This document shows, piece by piece, positions 31,364 through 41,025 of a stretch of DNA of 64,000 nt. The DNA lies in NCBI GenBank assembly GCA_965649265.1, contig CBFGKC010000010.1, positions 32,001 to 96,000 of the forward strand. Direction: 5' to 3'. The translations under genes were made by a program, and so were the position numbers. The stretch is from a candidate division WOR-3 bacterium (GTDB taxonomy: Bacteria > Hydrothermota > Tepidihabitantia > B3-TA06). Positions within the stretch are counted from its first letter, which is position 1, and the number at the start of each line of letters is the position of its first letter. The notes under the pieces were generated by a model. It worked only from the letters and a program-made list of their open reading frames with translations. It was not told the DNA's origin and searched no databases.

Positions 31364-33172
31364 TTAATCGACGGTAATAGTCTTTGATATGTTTCGCGGC
31401 CTGTCCGGATTGCAGCCCTTGCCGACGGCGGTCCGGTACGCAATCATGTACAAGGGAACGGTGGCAAGAATCGGCATAAGTGCCGGGCTTGCATCCGGCA
31501 TGGTGTAATAGAGATCGCTGTCCGCCTCAAGCTCCGCATCATGGGGACCAATGGTCAAAACCCTCCCCTTGCGGGTGCGAACCTCGTTTACGTGAGAAAG
31601 GATGTAGTACTTTTCGGGCGCGGAAACGACGAAGAGCACCGGATACCCCTCCTCCAGACGAGAAATTGGCCCATGCTTGAATTCACCCGAATACATGCCC
31701 TCGACATGAAGGTAGGTTATTTCTTTCATCTTGAGCGCCCCTTCCATCACAACAGGGTAACTCATCCCATAACCCAGGTAGTACGCATCAGGCGACTTGG
31801 AGAGCTCGTCCGCAAACGCCCGCACCTTGCTCTCGTCCTGCAGAACCCTTTGCAGGAGACCGGGCAGCGAAAGGAACTCCCTTGCCGATAGCCCGTTACT
31901 TCCTCTGTCGTGTCCTATTCTCAGGGCAAGATAAAGGAGAGCGATAACCTGATTCACGTAGGTCTTGGTCGCAGGAACGGCAATCTCGAGGTCGGAAGCG
32001 ATAGGCAGCACGTAGCGGGAACGCATGGCAAGTGTAGAACCTATGTTGTTTACGAGCGAGATGACCTGTGTGCGGTTCTCTATAACGTCGAGAACGTTCT
32101 TTATGTCCTTGGTCTCGCCGCTCTGGGAGATGAGGAGGACCACGTCGCGCTCGTCAACGCAATCAGGGTATTTTTCAAGAAACTCGGACCCGAAGGACGC
32201 CGTTACCGGGATCCGGGCAAGCCTTCCGAAGTAGAAAGACCCGAGAAGTCCGGCGAAATGCGAGGAGCCGGCGCCCACAAAAAAGACACGACGAGCAATT
32301 GCCAGCTTCTCGACAACCGTGGAGGTATGCTCGGCCTTAGGTAAATAACGTATAACCTCCTGCGCTTTCGAGGGAATCTCGTGAATCTCCTTGAGCATGA
32401 AATGCGGGAAATCACCCTTGGAAACCTCCTCCGGGGTCAGTGTGAGTTCTTCTATCTCTCTTTCGACCGGCACTGACAAGTCGGAGAGAGAGTAAACGTC
32501 GTGATTAGATGAGGTGAAGTGAACCATCTCGCCGTCTTGCAGCTGTACAACGTTGCGCGTGAGATCAAGAATGGCCACGAGGTCGCTCGAGACGCAGCGA
32601 AAACCCTCTCCTACACCAAAGAAAAGTGATGAGCCGTTTTTGACCGACACGAACCCGTCGCCGTCAAGTGTCGTGGCTACGTAGGCATAGGAACCCTTCA
32701 TCCGCGAAGATGCCTCGCGAGCGGCATGGCGCAGGTTCTTGGTTTCGTAGAAAGGCGCTTCGAGCAGATGCAGTATCACCTCACCGTCGTTCTCACCTAT
32801 AAGCGCATGACCGCCCGCTGAAAGCTCTTCGCGCAGGTTACGGGTGTTGATTATGTTGCCGTTGTGCGCGCCTACAAGAAAGCGCTTGCAGTCATGGTGG
32901 GGCTGGGAATTTTCCTTGTTCGGGAAACCGAAGGTCGCCCATCGAAGCTGTATTATGCCGCGCTGACCGGTCATATCCGAAAAACCTAAAATCTCGTTAA
33001 GCTCCTCCACCTCGCCCGCGTCCTTGCGGAGATCGAGTTTTCCCGAGGCCGAGATTGTCGCAACACCCGCGGTGTCGTAGCCGCGGTAAGCAAGACGCGT
33101 GCCCGCCCGGTAGAGAATCTCGCCGAGATCGGAACGCTCCTTGTCAAAGGAAATCGCAAAGAATCCACACAT
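31364..33172 (-). CDS. glmS: Glutamine-fructose-6-phosphate aminotransferase
   Basis: N-terminal MCG, YRGYD, RWAT, HNG, SQSGET, EFKHGP, PRNISKTITVD. Confidence 0.93.
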   Translation of the reverse strand: MCGFFAISFDKERSDLGEILYRAGTRLAYRGYDTAGVATISASGKLDLRKDAGEVEELNEILGFSDMTGQRGIIQLRWATFGFPNKENSQPHHDCKRFLVGAHNGNIINTRNLREELSAGGHALIGENDGEVILHLLEAPFYETKNLRHAAREASSRMKGSYAYVATTLDGDGFVSVKNGSSLFFGVGEGFRCVSSDLVAILDLTRNVVQLQDGEMVHFTSSNHDVYSLSDLSVPVEREIEELTLTPEEVSKGDFPHFMLKEIHEIPSKAQEVIRYLPKAEHTSTVVEKLAIARRVFFVGAGSSHFAGLLGSFYFGRLARIPVTASFGSEFLEKYPDCVDERDVVLLISQSGETKDIKNVLDVIENRTQVISLVNNIGSTLAMRSRYVLPIASDLEIAVPATKTYVNQVIALLYLALRIGHDRGSNGLSAREFLSLPGLLQRVLQDESKVRAFADELSKSPDAYYLGYGMSYPVVMEGALKMKEITYLHVEGMYSGEFKHGPISRLEEGYPVLFVVSAPEKYYILSHVNEVRTRKGRVLTIGPHDAELEADSDLYYTMPDASPALMPILATVPLYMIAYRTAVGKGCNPDRPRNISKTITVD

Positions 33173-33266
33173 TGAACTTAATGATAGCCACCAAGGTTTG
33201 AATGTCAAGACAAGATCAATCATGACCGAAGTCAGGTTTAATTTTATGAGGTCACGTTTTATGAAA

Positions 33267-33298
33267 AAAAGTGGACAAAAGATGGACAGAAGATGGAC
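33267..33298 (+). repeat. 11-bp-period tandem array, locus 1
   Basis: AAAAG-TGGAC AAAAGATGGAC AGAAGATGGAC. Confidence 0.8.
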
Positions 33299-33413
33299 AA
33301 AACAGGGATTTTCAGGTTAAAAATGGAGGTATTTTCGACCTTTTTGGGGATAAAAATGGGTGATTTCTGAGGTAATTTAACCGACTCAAAACCGAGCAGG
33401 ATGATCTTTGGGT

Positions 33414-33663
33414 AAAATTCACTTCGTCAAAGACGTTTCAAACGAATTAAGGATATTCTCTAAGAGTTTCTGAGGAGGGCTAGCGCCGGAGGCGCTGGGC
33501 GCAAGCTGCGCTTCCGCCAGTTCACTTCTTCATTTCATGGTGGAGCGCCGGAGGCGCATGAGAAGTTTTGCATGAATACTATCGCTTAGATACAAAACTT
33601 CACTTCGCCAGAGACGTTTCAAACAAATAAAGGATATTATCTAAAATGTTATTGGGAGGGGCT
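33414..33663 (+). repeat. Imperfect ~68-bp direct repeat pair, 181 bp apart, with GCGCC-GGA-GGCGC hairpins between the copies
   Basis: TTCACTTCGyCArAGACGTTTCAAACrAATwAAGGATATTmTCTAA at 33418 and 33599. Confidence 0.85.
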
Positions 33664-33750
33664 CTGAGGAGGACTGAGGAGGGCTGAGGGAGGCTCTGAG
33701 GGGGCGGGCTGATTGTTGACAATCCTTCGATCAACCATATCATTTGCGGC

Positions 33751-34531
33751 ATGAAGAGACCTTTTTCCAAAGCGATTTTGACGCTCGCCGCCCTGCTTTC
33801 GGGCATCTCGGCGATACAAGCTGAAACCGTCGTCGGATTCGATCTCGACTCCATCCCGCGGGAAATCGGATATCCCAAGATACACAAATACGGCATAATA
33901 GCAAGGCACAAGGCATACAGTATCCATTACTTACAGAAATACCAACTCGTTTTCTGGCTCGCTTACCCGCTCACGAAGGAAACACTCGCCGGTACGTACG
34001 AAAACGTTTACGAGATCGGCGCGGACCCCATGACGTATGCGGGCTTCGCCGAACCCGGGGACTACAAGGGATCGGGCTACGTGGCCGGTTTCCTGATGCC
34101 CGTGGACTTTGCCTCGTGGGACTCCACGGCCAGGCGCGAGGCCTTTTACATGACCAACACGGCGCCGCAGAAACGCGGGTTCAACAAGGGTGTATGGAAA
34201 AAAATGGAAGCGCTGGAGCGGACCTGGGTGGAACAAGGCGCGCGGCTGTGGGCGGTCCGCCGGACCGATCGTCAGGGACAGCACCAGGACGATCGGCGCA
34301 AACAAGGTGCGCATTCCCACTTACTTCTTCAAGGTTTTCTTGATCGAGAAGTCCGGCAAGTTCGAGGAGGCGGCGTTTCTGTTTTTGAACGAAGCGACCG
34401 GCAAACCGCCTGAGAATTTCCTCGTTTCCGTTGACTGGCTCGAGAGCTTGACGGGCTACGACTTCTTCCCCATGCTGCCGGACTCGCTCGAGAACGCGCT
34501 GGAATCAAGAGCGGCTAAGATTACGTTTTAA
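33751..34531 (+). pseudogene. DNA/RNA non-specific endonuclease (NucA/EndoG family), frameshifted and lacking the catalytic motif
   Basis: FYMTNTAPQ..GFN.GVW..ME in frame 1; GPI...VRIPTYFFKV...VSVD.LE.LTGYDFF in frame 2; extra C near 34257; DRGH replaced by VAGF. Confidence 0.75.
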
Positions 34532-34587
34532 CGCCCCCCGCAATAAGGAATAATTCAGCATTAGAGATGGCTTGAAGAAACTGTACC

Positions 34588-35538
34588 TTATTCCTCTACA
34601 CGTTTAATGGAAAGAACTCTGATCACACCCCGTTTACGTAAACCCATTACTTCTGTTGGTTGTGGATGCTCTTTATCATAATCAAGAGCTTCTTTTACTT
34701 TTCTAGCAATATCAGACTCGAATTGGAATTTTCCCTTTACACCTTTTAACCAGAAATTGTTATTACTATAGTTGACTTTGAACAACCAACCCCGGAGAAC
34801 AACTCTTTCTTCTTCTCTTTCTTTGACTTCCTCATCTAATTTCTTCAAAATGGAATTCGCCTTCTCTCTAAGCTCTGGAATAAGACTTGTCTTTAACCCT
34901 TTCTTCGCTTTACGTACAACCCCTCCGTAAATCTCGACAGATTCAACCTTTGACTGTATTGATGGCACGAGATTTTTAGCACTCTCCAAGAATATCTTTC
35001 TTTCCTTTGGATCAGGAAAGTTTCTTTCAAGTTCCAATTCTGGGTTCTCAGAAGAAAGCGAAATCGCGGCTAACGATAATTTTTCAAGGATTTCTTCGTA
35101 ATAACCACGATCTTTAAAGAATTCAAGTTGCGTTTCCGGAAATTTGAAACCAATACCGAAGCTACCATCCGAAACAGCTGCAAATTGAAGATCGTAAGCT
35201 TCAGCAATACCGCTTTTCTTGAATAATGCAGTCTTGAAAGAAGAATCGAGTTTGTTGATCCAGTTTGAGATAATTTGCACAGAAGTTTCACCAAAACGTA
35301 TATGAGGGCCCTTTAATTTTAGCCATATATCTGCCCTCTGGTTCTGAGCCAGACTTACACCAATATAGTCGTCGATTTCACGTCTTAAACTATCAATATC
35401 TTTTAAATATGACGCCGCAAAAAGCTCAAACAAATTAATATCCTCATCCGCAAGCGTTTTCTTCAAGTCGGCCAAGGCAAGTTCGAGGTTTTCTAGGGTA
35501 CCTTTGGCTTGCTTAAGTTCGGTATCATTGCTTATCAT
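34588..35538 (-). CDS. Uncharacterised protein (helical-hairpin N-terminus plus unknown domain), partner of the nucleotidyltransferase
   Basis: 316 aa, AT-rich, ATGA overlap with the upstream gene. Confidence 0.8.
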   Translation of the reverse strand: MISNDTELKQAKGTLENLELALADLKKTLADEDINLFELFAASYLKDIDSLRREIDDYIGVSLAQNQRADIWLKLKGPHIRFGETSVQIISNWINKLDSSFKTALFKKSGIAEAYDLQFAAVSDGSFGIGFKFPETQLEFFKDRGYYEEILEKLSLAAISLSSENPELELERNFPDPKERKIFLESAKNLVPSIQSKVESVEIYGGVVRKAKKGLKTSLIPELREKANSILKKLDEEVKEREEERVVLRGWLFKVNYSNNNFWLKGVKGKFQFESDIARKVKEALDYDKEHPQPTEVMGLRKRGVIRVLSIKRVEE

Positions 35539-35990
35539 AATATAATCTCCAGAAACCCTTTTTCCTTATCTATATTTTCTCTAAGCCTACGGTATGTATT
35601 CGTAATATTTATATGGCGTAGTTCTCCATCCTTTCCGCCAAAAAAATGAATGTCAGGAAAACTGATTGGGAAAAACCGACCTCTCATGTTGTTTATACTA
35701 CCTCTTAGTCGATCGAAAGCCGTTGGCTCATCTACAGAGTCCTTAAAAACCAAAAAAACGTCAATGTCACCAGGATAATTCTTTTTTGTTACAAATGAAC
35801 CATTCACAATCAGCTTACTCCCGATGTTAAGAGGCAAGATTGAATCTATAAAGCCTCTTAACTCTTCACACAGTTTATGTCGCCTCTCACTATCCGGTAT
35901 ATTACCAAAACGATCCTCAACCTCGTTAAGGGTACATTGATGTTCTCCGGGAGGTAAGTAACCTTCCTCTGTTAGTTCTGGTATGGACAT
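35535..35990 (-). CDS. DUF6932-like pol-beta nucleotidyltransferase-fold protein
   Basis: IPEL.EEGYLPPGEH N-terminus; NGSFVTKK..PGDID (GS...DxD); KGF.EI C-terminus. Confidence 0.8.
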   Translation of the reverse strand: MSIPELTEEGYLPPGEHQCTLNEVEDRFGNIPDSERRHKLCEELRGFIDSILPLNIGSKLIVNGSFVTKKNYPGDIDVFLVFKDSVDEPTAFDRLRGSINNMRGRFFPISFPDIHFFGGKDGELRHINITNTYRRLRENIDKEKGFLEIIL

Positions 35991-36193
35991 GTCATTTACG
36001 CCTAATCTGACATATCATGTACCCAAGAATTCCAATATGATTATTATGCATCTTGGAGTAATGCTTGTCAAGCTCTTGGGAGTTCACCTTCTTAATATCA
36101 ACCAACCTCATAAAAAAACTATATCCTAAATATCTTTTTTGTCAACCCTTGTGCATAAGTTCGCCGATATCTTCTTACCCTTCTGTCACTCGC

Positions 36194-36227
36194 AGCGACA
36201 CTCGCAATGACGTTGGCGTGTTACGGG
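36194..36227 (-). repeat. Partial copy of the hairpin element plus its terminus
   Basis: AGCGACACTCGCAATGAC is identical to 46141-46158; TTGGCGTGTTACGGG matches 46285-46299 at 14 of 15. Confidence 0.85.
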
Positions 36228-36309
36228 TCCCCTCCCCTTATCACATCCGCTTGATAATCTCCCAATAACGAGTAAACTTATATAAATCAATTTCGCGGAG
36301 GAAAGCAAC

Positions 36310-37881
36310 TTGAGCAACGATGCGTATGACAAGGAAAGCCTTAGAAACGAGCCTTTCTATATAACCACGCCCATTTACTACGTGAACGCGGAGCCGCACA
36401 TAGGCCACACGTACACGACGGTGCTGGCTGACACGCTCGCGCGCTTCTGGCGCGCGTACGGCCGCGACGTTTACTTTCTGACGGGCACCGACGAGCACGG
36501 CGACAAGATCGTGCAGGCCGCCAGGAAGGAGGGCGTTGAGACCAAGGCGTACGTCGACCGCATCGCGGGGATTTTCAAGAGCACGTTCGAGGAGATTGGT
36601 TTCACCAACAACCGCTTCATCCGCACGACGGACGCCGATCACGAGAAGGTTGTCCAGGGGATTTTGAAGACGGTGTACGATAAGGGTGATATTTATTTCG
36701 GCGAGTACGGCGGCTACTACTGCGTGGGCTGCGAGCGGTTCTACACCGAGAAGGAGATGGTTGACGGCAAATGTCCCGATCATCAGAAGCCGCTCGAGTA
36801 CATTTCGGAGCGCAACTACTTCTTCAAGATGAGCCGCTATCAGGACTGGTTGATCAAGTATATCGAGGAGCACCCCGACTTCATTGAGCCGGAGAGCCAC
36901 CGCAACAAGGTACTCTCGTTTTTGAAGGACCCGCTGGGTGACCTCTGCATCTCGAGGCCGAAGTCGCGGCTGCCCTGGGGCATCACGCTGCCGTTCGACC
37001 CCGAGTACGTGACCTACGTGTGGTTCGACGCGCTCATCAACTATTTGACCGCCATAGGGTACCCGGACGGCGGGGATTTCAAAAAGTACTGGCCGCATGC
37101 GTACCACATCACGGCAAAGGATATATTGATTCCGCACGCGATATACTGGCCCACGATGCTCGCGTCGATGGGTGCGGGTCCGTACAAGGGGCTGCGCGTC
37201 CACGGCTACTGGCAGGTGGACGAGACAAAGATGTCGAAGTCCCTGGGCAACGTGGTAAGGCCGCTGGATATGAAGGAAAAGTACGGCTTCGAGCAGTTCA
37301 GGTACTTCTTGCTGAGGGAGATGAGCTTCGGACTTGACTCGACGTTCTCGGAGGAGCTGCTGGTCGAGAGGATAAATTCCGATCTGGCCAACGACCTCGG
37401 GAACCTCGTCGCGCGTGTGCTGGGGATGACGGAGAAGTATCAGGATGGCATCGTGCGCAAGGTCGAGGGCGAGAGCGGCAAACTCGCGGAGATAGCGGAG
37501 GACATTGCTGACGAGCTGCCCGGCCTGATGCTCGGGTTCGACTTCCGCAAGGCGATTTTAAAGATCTGGGAACTCGTGACCGCAGCCAACGCATTCGTTG
37601 AGGAACGGGCGCCGTGGTCGCTGGCAAAACAGGGGAAGAAGAACGAACTCGCGGGCGTGCTCTATGCGCTTTGTGAGAGCTTAAGGCTTCTGGCGGTGTT
37701 CTTTTCCGCATTCATGCCCGGGACTTCCGCGAGGCTTTTGGCGAAACTGGGGATACAGGGTGATAGCGGAACATACCATGAGAAGTCCAGGTGGGGGCTT
37801 CTTGCCGACGGGGTGAAGGTGGTAAAGGGCGAGGCGCTCTTTCCGAGGATTGAGACCCCGGACGGGCCTAAGGCGATGTAA
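36310..37881 (+). CDS. metG: Methionine--tRNA ligase (short form)
   Basis: PIYYVNAEPHIGH, GTDEHG, YVWFDAL, KMSKS. Confidence 0.97.
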   Translation: MSNDAYDKESLRNEPFYITTPIYYVNAEPHIGHTYTTVLADTLARFWRAYGRDVYFLTGTDEHGDKIVQAARKEGVETKAYVDRIAGIFKSTFEEIGFTNNRFIRTTDADHEKVVQGILKTVYDKGDIYFGEYGGYYCVGCERFYTEKEMVDGKCPDHQKPLEYISERNYFFKMSRYQDWLIKYIEEHPDFIEPESHRNKVLSFLKDPLGDLCISRPKSRLPWGITLPFDPEYVTYVWFDALINYLTAIGYPDGGDFKKYWPHAYHITAKDILIPHAIYWPTMLASMGAGPYKGLRVHGYWQVDETKMSKSLGNVVRPLDMKEKYGFEQFRYFLLREMSFGLDSTFSEELLVERINSDLANDLGNLVARVLGMTEKYQDGIVRKVEGESGKLAEIAEDIADELPGLMLGFDFRKAILKIWELVTAANAFVEERAPWSLAKQGKKNELAGVLYALCESLRLLAVFFSAFMPGTSARLLAKLGIQGDSGTYHEKSRWGLLADGVKVVKGEALFPRIETPDGPKAM

Positions 37882-37912
37882 TCTTTTCTCTCTAACAAGG
37901 ACTTTCTAAAAA

Positions 37913-39520
37913 ATGCTGCACGTAAAGGATTTGCACGTAAGCTTCGGCTCGAATGAAGTGCTTAAGGGAATTTCCCTGGACGTCAACGCGGGCGAGGCCG
38001 TTGTACTGGCCGGAGCAAACGGCTCGGGCAAATCGACGCTCCTTGCATGCATCGCATCCAGACTCAAACCGGACTCGGGTTCCATAACGATAAGCGCGGA
38101 TGCAGGAGTGGCCTTGCTCGAACAGGAGGTGTTGCTTGAGGACGTCACCGCTGCCGGCTTTCTCATGTCTTCGATACCCGCTCTCTCTGTCCTGTACAGG
38201 AGGCTTGCAGAGACGCCGTCCGGTTCCGGGGATTACTCGCAGGCGCTCGGTGCGTTCACGGACGCCGGCGGCTTTCGGACACTCGCCGATTTTACTCGAG
38301 CGGCCGGGGATTTGGGCTTCGTGGAGCGTGACCTGGAGCGTCCTCTCGCCACCTTCTCGCCCGGCGAGAGGCAGATGTTTTCCATCATCAGGCTGCACGC
38401 GAGTCCGGCAAGGCTCGTTCTCATGGACGAGCCCTTGAACCATCTCGATATCGCCATGCGGGTGCATGTAGAGGAGTTTGTGCTGCGAGAAAAGCGGAGG
38501 GGACGCGGATTCCTTATCGTCACTCATGACAGGGTCTTCGCAGACAGGGTCGCGGACCGGACGATATATATAAGGAGGGGGGAAGGTATCACCGTGAAGG
38601 GAGGATACTCCGAGATGGTGTCCCATCTCGAGCTCGACTTCGAGTCCAGACAGAAGCGGGCACACGTCATTGCGCGAAAAATCAAGACGCTCGAGGACGA
38701 GGTCAGGCGGCGCAAGGCGTGGGCCGACAGCAAGGAGCGTACAAAAACCGGAAGCGGCCCATGTGACAGGGGATTCATCTCGGCCCAGGCCGCACGGATG
38801 GCGAAAAGGGCGAAATCCGCTCAAAAAAGGGAGGAGAGACACATCGAGGAGTTGAAGGAAACGAAGCCTTTCGTCGAGAAGAGGATAACGCTTTCAATGG
38901 ATTCATACCCCGTGGCGAACCGCATCGTGGCTAAAACATCCGGAATATCCAAAAGCTTCGACTGCAACCTCGTGTTCAGTGGAGTGGATTTGATGCTTTC
39001 GACGAGGGACAGGGTCGCGCTCATAGGTCCCAACGGCTCGGGCAAGACCACGCTCATTCGCTCGCTCGTGGGTGAGGAGGTCCCCGACAGGGGAAGCGTG
39101 CAGTTAAGCGAGCATGTGAGGGTATTCTACCTGCCGCAGGACATCGGAAAGTTCTTCAAACGCTCGATTCTGCTCGAGAACCTTCTGTGCGAAGGAGTAA
39201 GCGAGACAGCCGTTCGCGAACAGCTGGGCAGGGCGCTTTTGCGCGGCGATAAGCCCCTCGAGCAAGTGTCGGCACTGAGCCGCGGCGAACTCATGAGGGC
39301 GGCCGTGGTTCGGGCGGTCATTGAACGGGCTGAGTTTCTTTTTCTCGATGAACCGACCAATCATCTGGACATCGAGTCGTTATCCGTGCTCGACAGACTC
39401 GTGGAGGAGTTCCCGGGCGGCATGCTTTTTACGAGCCACGACCGCTACTTCATCGCCAGGCATTCCACTCAGGTTCTTTCCATACAGAATAAAACCCTCG
39501 TACCCATCACACTCGCATGA
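37913..39520 (+). CDS. ABC-F family ATPase
   Basis: Two ABC domains (GANGSGKS/DEPLNHLD and GPNGSGKT/DEPTNHLD), THDR/SHDR, charged linker, no transmembrane segments. Confidence 0.92.
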   Translation: MLHVKDLHVSFGSNEVLKGISLDVNAGEAVVLAGANGSGKSTLLACIASRLKPDSGSITISADAGVALLEQEVLLEDVTAAGFLMSSIPALSVLYRRLAETPSGSGDYSQALGAFTDAGGFRTLADFTRAAGDLGFVERDLERPLATFSPGERQMFSIIRLHASPARLVLMDEPLNHLDIAMRVHVEEFVLREKRRGRGFLIVTHDRVFADRVADRTIYIRRGEGITVKGGYSEMVSHLELDFESRQKRAHVIARKIKTLEDEVRRRKAWADSKERTKTGSGPCDRGFISAQAARMAKRAKSAQKREERHIEELKETKPFVEKRITLSMDSYPVANRIVAKTSGISKSFDCNLVFSGVDLMLSTRDRVALIGPNGSGKTTLIRSLVGEEVPDRGSVQLSEHVRVFYLPQDIGKFFKRSILLENLLCEGVSETAVREQLGRALLRGDKPLEQVSALSRGELMRAAVVRAVIERAEFLFLDEPTNHLDIESLSVLDRLVEEFPGGMLFTSHDRYFIARHSTQVLSIQNKTLVPITLA

Positions 39521-39569
39521 GCGAGCGCAGTTGACACAAAAAACGTGAAATACTATAATTAAACTCGAT

Positions 39570-40937
39570 ATGCAGCTTTCTGATCAGGACGTCAAACGCG
39601 GTCTCCGGATATCGGTCGTTGAGGGCTCCCTCGCTAACCTTCACGCCGTTCTGACGGGCGGCGTTTTTTTGACAGGGCTCGCCGTCTATCTCGGCGCAAG
39701 CGACATCGAGATAGGACTTCTTTCATCCATTCCCGCGTTCCTGACACCTGCAGGATTCATCGCCGCCATACTCGTATCCTGGATAGGCCATCGAAAAGGC
39801 ATAACCGTTTTTTCGTCAGGCCTGGGGCGTGCGCTCTTCCTTGTCCCCGGGATTGTGGTCCTTCTGGGATACAAGATGAGGGTGGAGTCGCTGATACTGC
39901 TCGTCTCCTTCTACAACGCCCTGCTAGTGATTGCCGGAAACACCTGGACCTCGTGGATGGCCGACCTCGTGCCAATAACGAGACGCGGCCGCTACTTCGG
40001 CACGCGCAACACGATTCTCGGACTCGTGGGAATGGTGGCCTCCACTGCGGGGACTTATTTTCTGGACTTTATGAAGGCGAAGGGTCTCGAGGTGCAGGGC
40101 TTCGGCTGGGCGTTCCTTGCGGCAGGACTATTCTCCACCTGTGCGGCCGTTCTCCTGACCCAGCAGCCGCATATCAAGGTGATGCCCTATCCGATTCCTT
40201 TGGGACACATGTTTACCTCACCGTTCCGCAACGTCCGGTTCCGCCGCTTCATCCTTTTTGTCGCCTTCTGGTCTTTTGTAGCGCCGATTGCTGGGCCTTT
40301 CTATTTAGTCCACATGATCAAGAATCTTCACATGAGCTACTCGCTCATAAACGTCTATTCCATACTCGGTGGAATTTCAGGACTCCTCTTCCAGTGGCTG
40401 TGGGGAAAGGCCATAGACAGGCTTCACGCAAAGCCGGTGCTAGAGATAAACATCATAGGCGTCGGATTCATGCCCGCGCTCTGGCTCTTCGTGAGGCCGG
40501 ATTTTCTATTGCCTATTTGGCTCGATTCGTTCTTTTCGGGAATTTTCTGGACGGGAGTGGGCGCGGCTTTCTTCAACCTGCTTCTGGGTCTCTCGTCCGA
40601 GACGCGGTCAAAGGAAAGCTACATCGCCGTTTACACGGCGACTACCGGGCTCCTCAACGCCTTGTCGACGTTCGTCGGCGGACTCGTGGCAAACGCGCTC
40701 GGAAAGTTCGAGTTCCATTTCCTTGGCCAGACCTTCGTCAACTACCATGTTCTTTTTCTCGGCGCGTCGGTGTTGAGGTTTTCTTCATTGATACTGTTCG
40801 CGTTCGTGGAACAGCCGGAGGCCGAGACGACACGCAACGCACTCGCGGCCATGGGAGACTACGCGCGAAGGAACGTGGAAAAAGGCAGTCAGTCGCTTCG
40901 AAAGGTCTTTGAATCTAAGAAGGATCAAAGCCGCTGA
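39570..40937 (+). CDS. MFS transporter
   Basis: About 12 transmembrane segments, WTSWMADLVP...RGRYF, WGKAIDR. Confidence 0.9.
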   Translation: MQLSDQDVKRGLRISVVEGSLANLHAVLTGGVFLTGLAVYLGASDIEIGLLSSIPAFLTPAGFIAAILVSWIGHRKGITVFSSGLGRALFLVPGIVVLLGYKMRVESLILLVSFYNALLVIAGNTWTSWMADLVPITRRGRYFGTRNTILGLVGMVASTAGTYFLDFMKAKGLEVQGFGWAFLAAGLFSTCAAVLLTQQPHIKVMPYPIPLGHMFTSPFRNVRFRRFILFVAFWSFVAPIAGPFYLVHMIKNLHMSYSLINVYSILGGISGLLFQWLWGKAIDRLHAKPVLEINIIGVGFMPALWLFVRPDFLLPIWLDSFFSGIFWTGVGAAFFNLLLGLSSETRSKESYIAVYTATTGLLNALSTFVGGLVANALGKFEFHFLGQTFVNYHVLFLGASVLRFSSLILFAFVEQPEAETTRNALAAMGDYARRNVEKGSQSLRKVFESKKDQSR

Positions 40938-41025
40938 AATACCGGCGTCTTTCTTACACGAGATTTATTTCACCCCCCTCCCCCTGGAGAAGTGTTCTTG
41001 ACGGCGCGGTCGGTTTCCGACCTTG

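Noticed and set aside
33173-33420. glmS ribozyme upstream of glmS
   Set aside because: The -10 box is 8 nt from the ATG, leaving no leader, and I could not recognise the ribozyme core.
36241-37203. 320-aa minus-strand ORF
   Set aside because: It is the antisense shadow of metG in GC-rich coding DNA and has no motifs.
39953-40912. 319-aa alternative-frame ORF
   Set aside because: It lies wholly inside the MFS gene and has the Arg-rich composition of an off-frame read.
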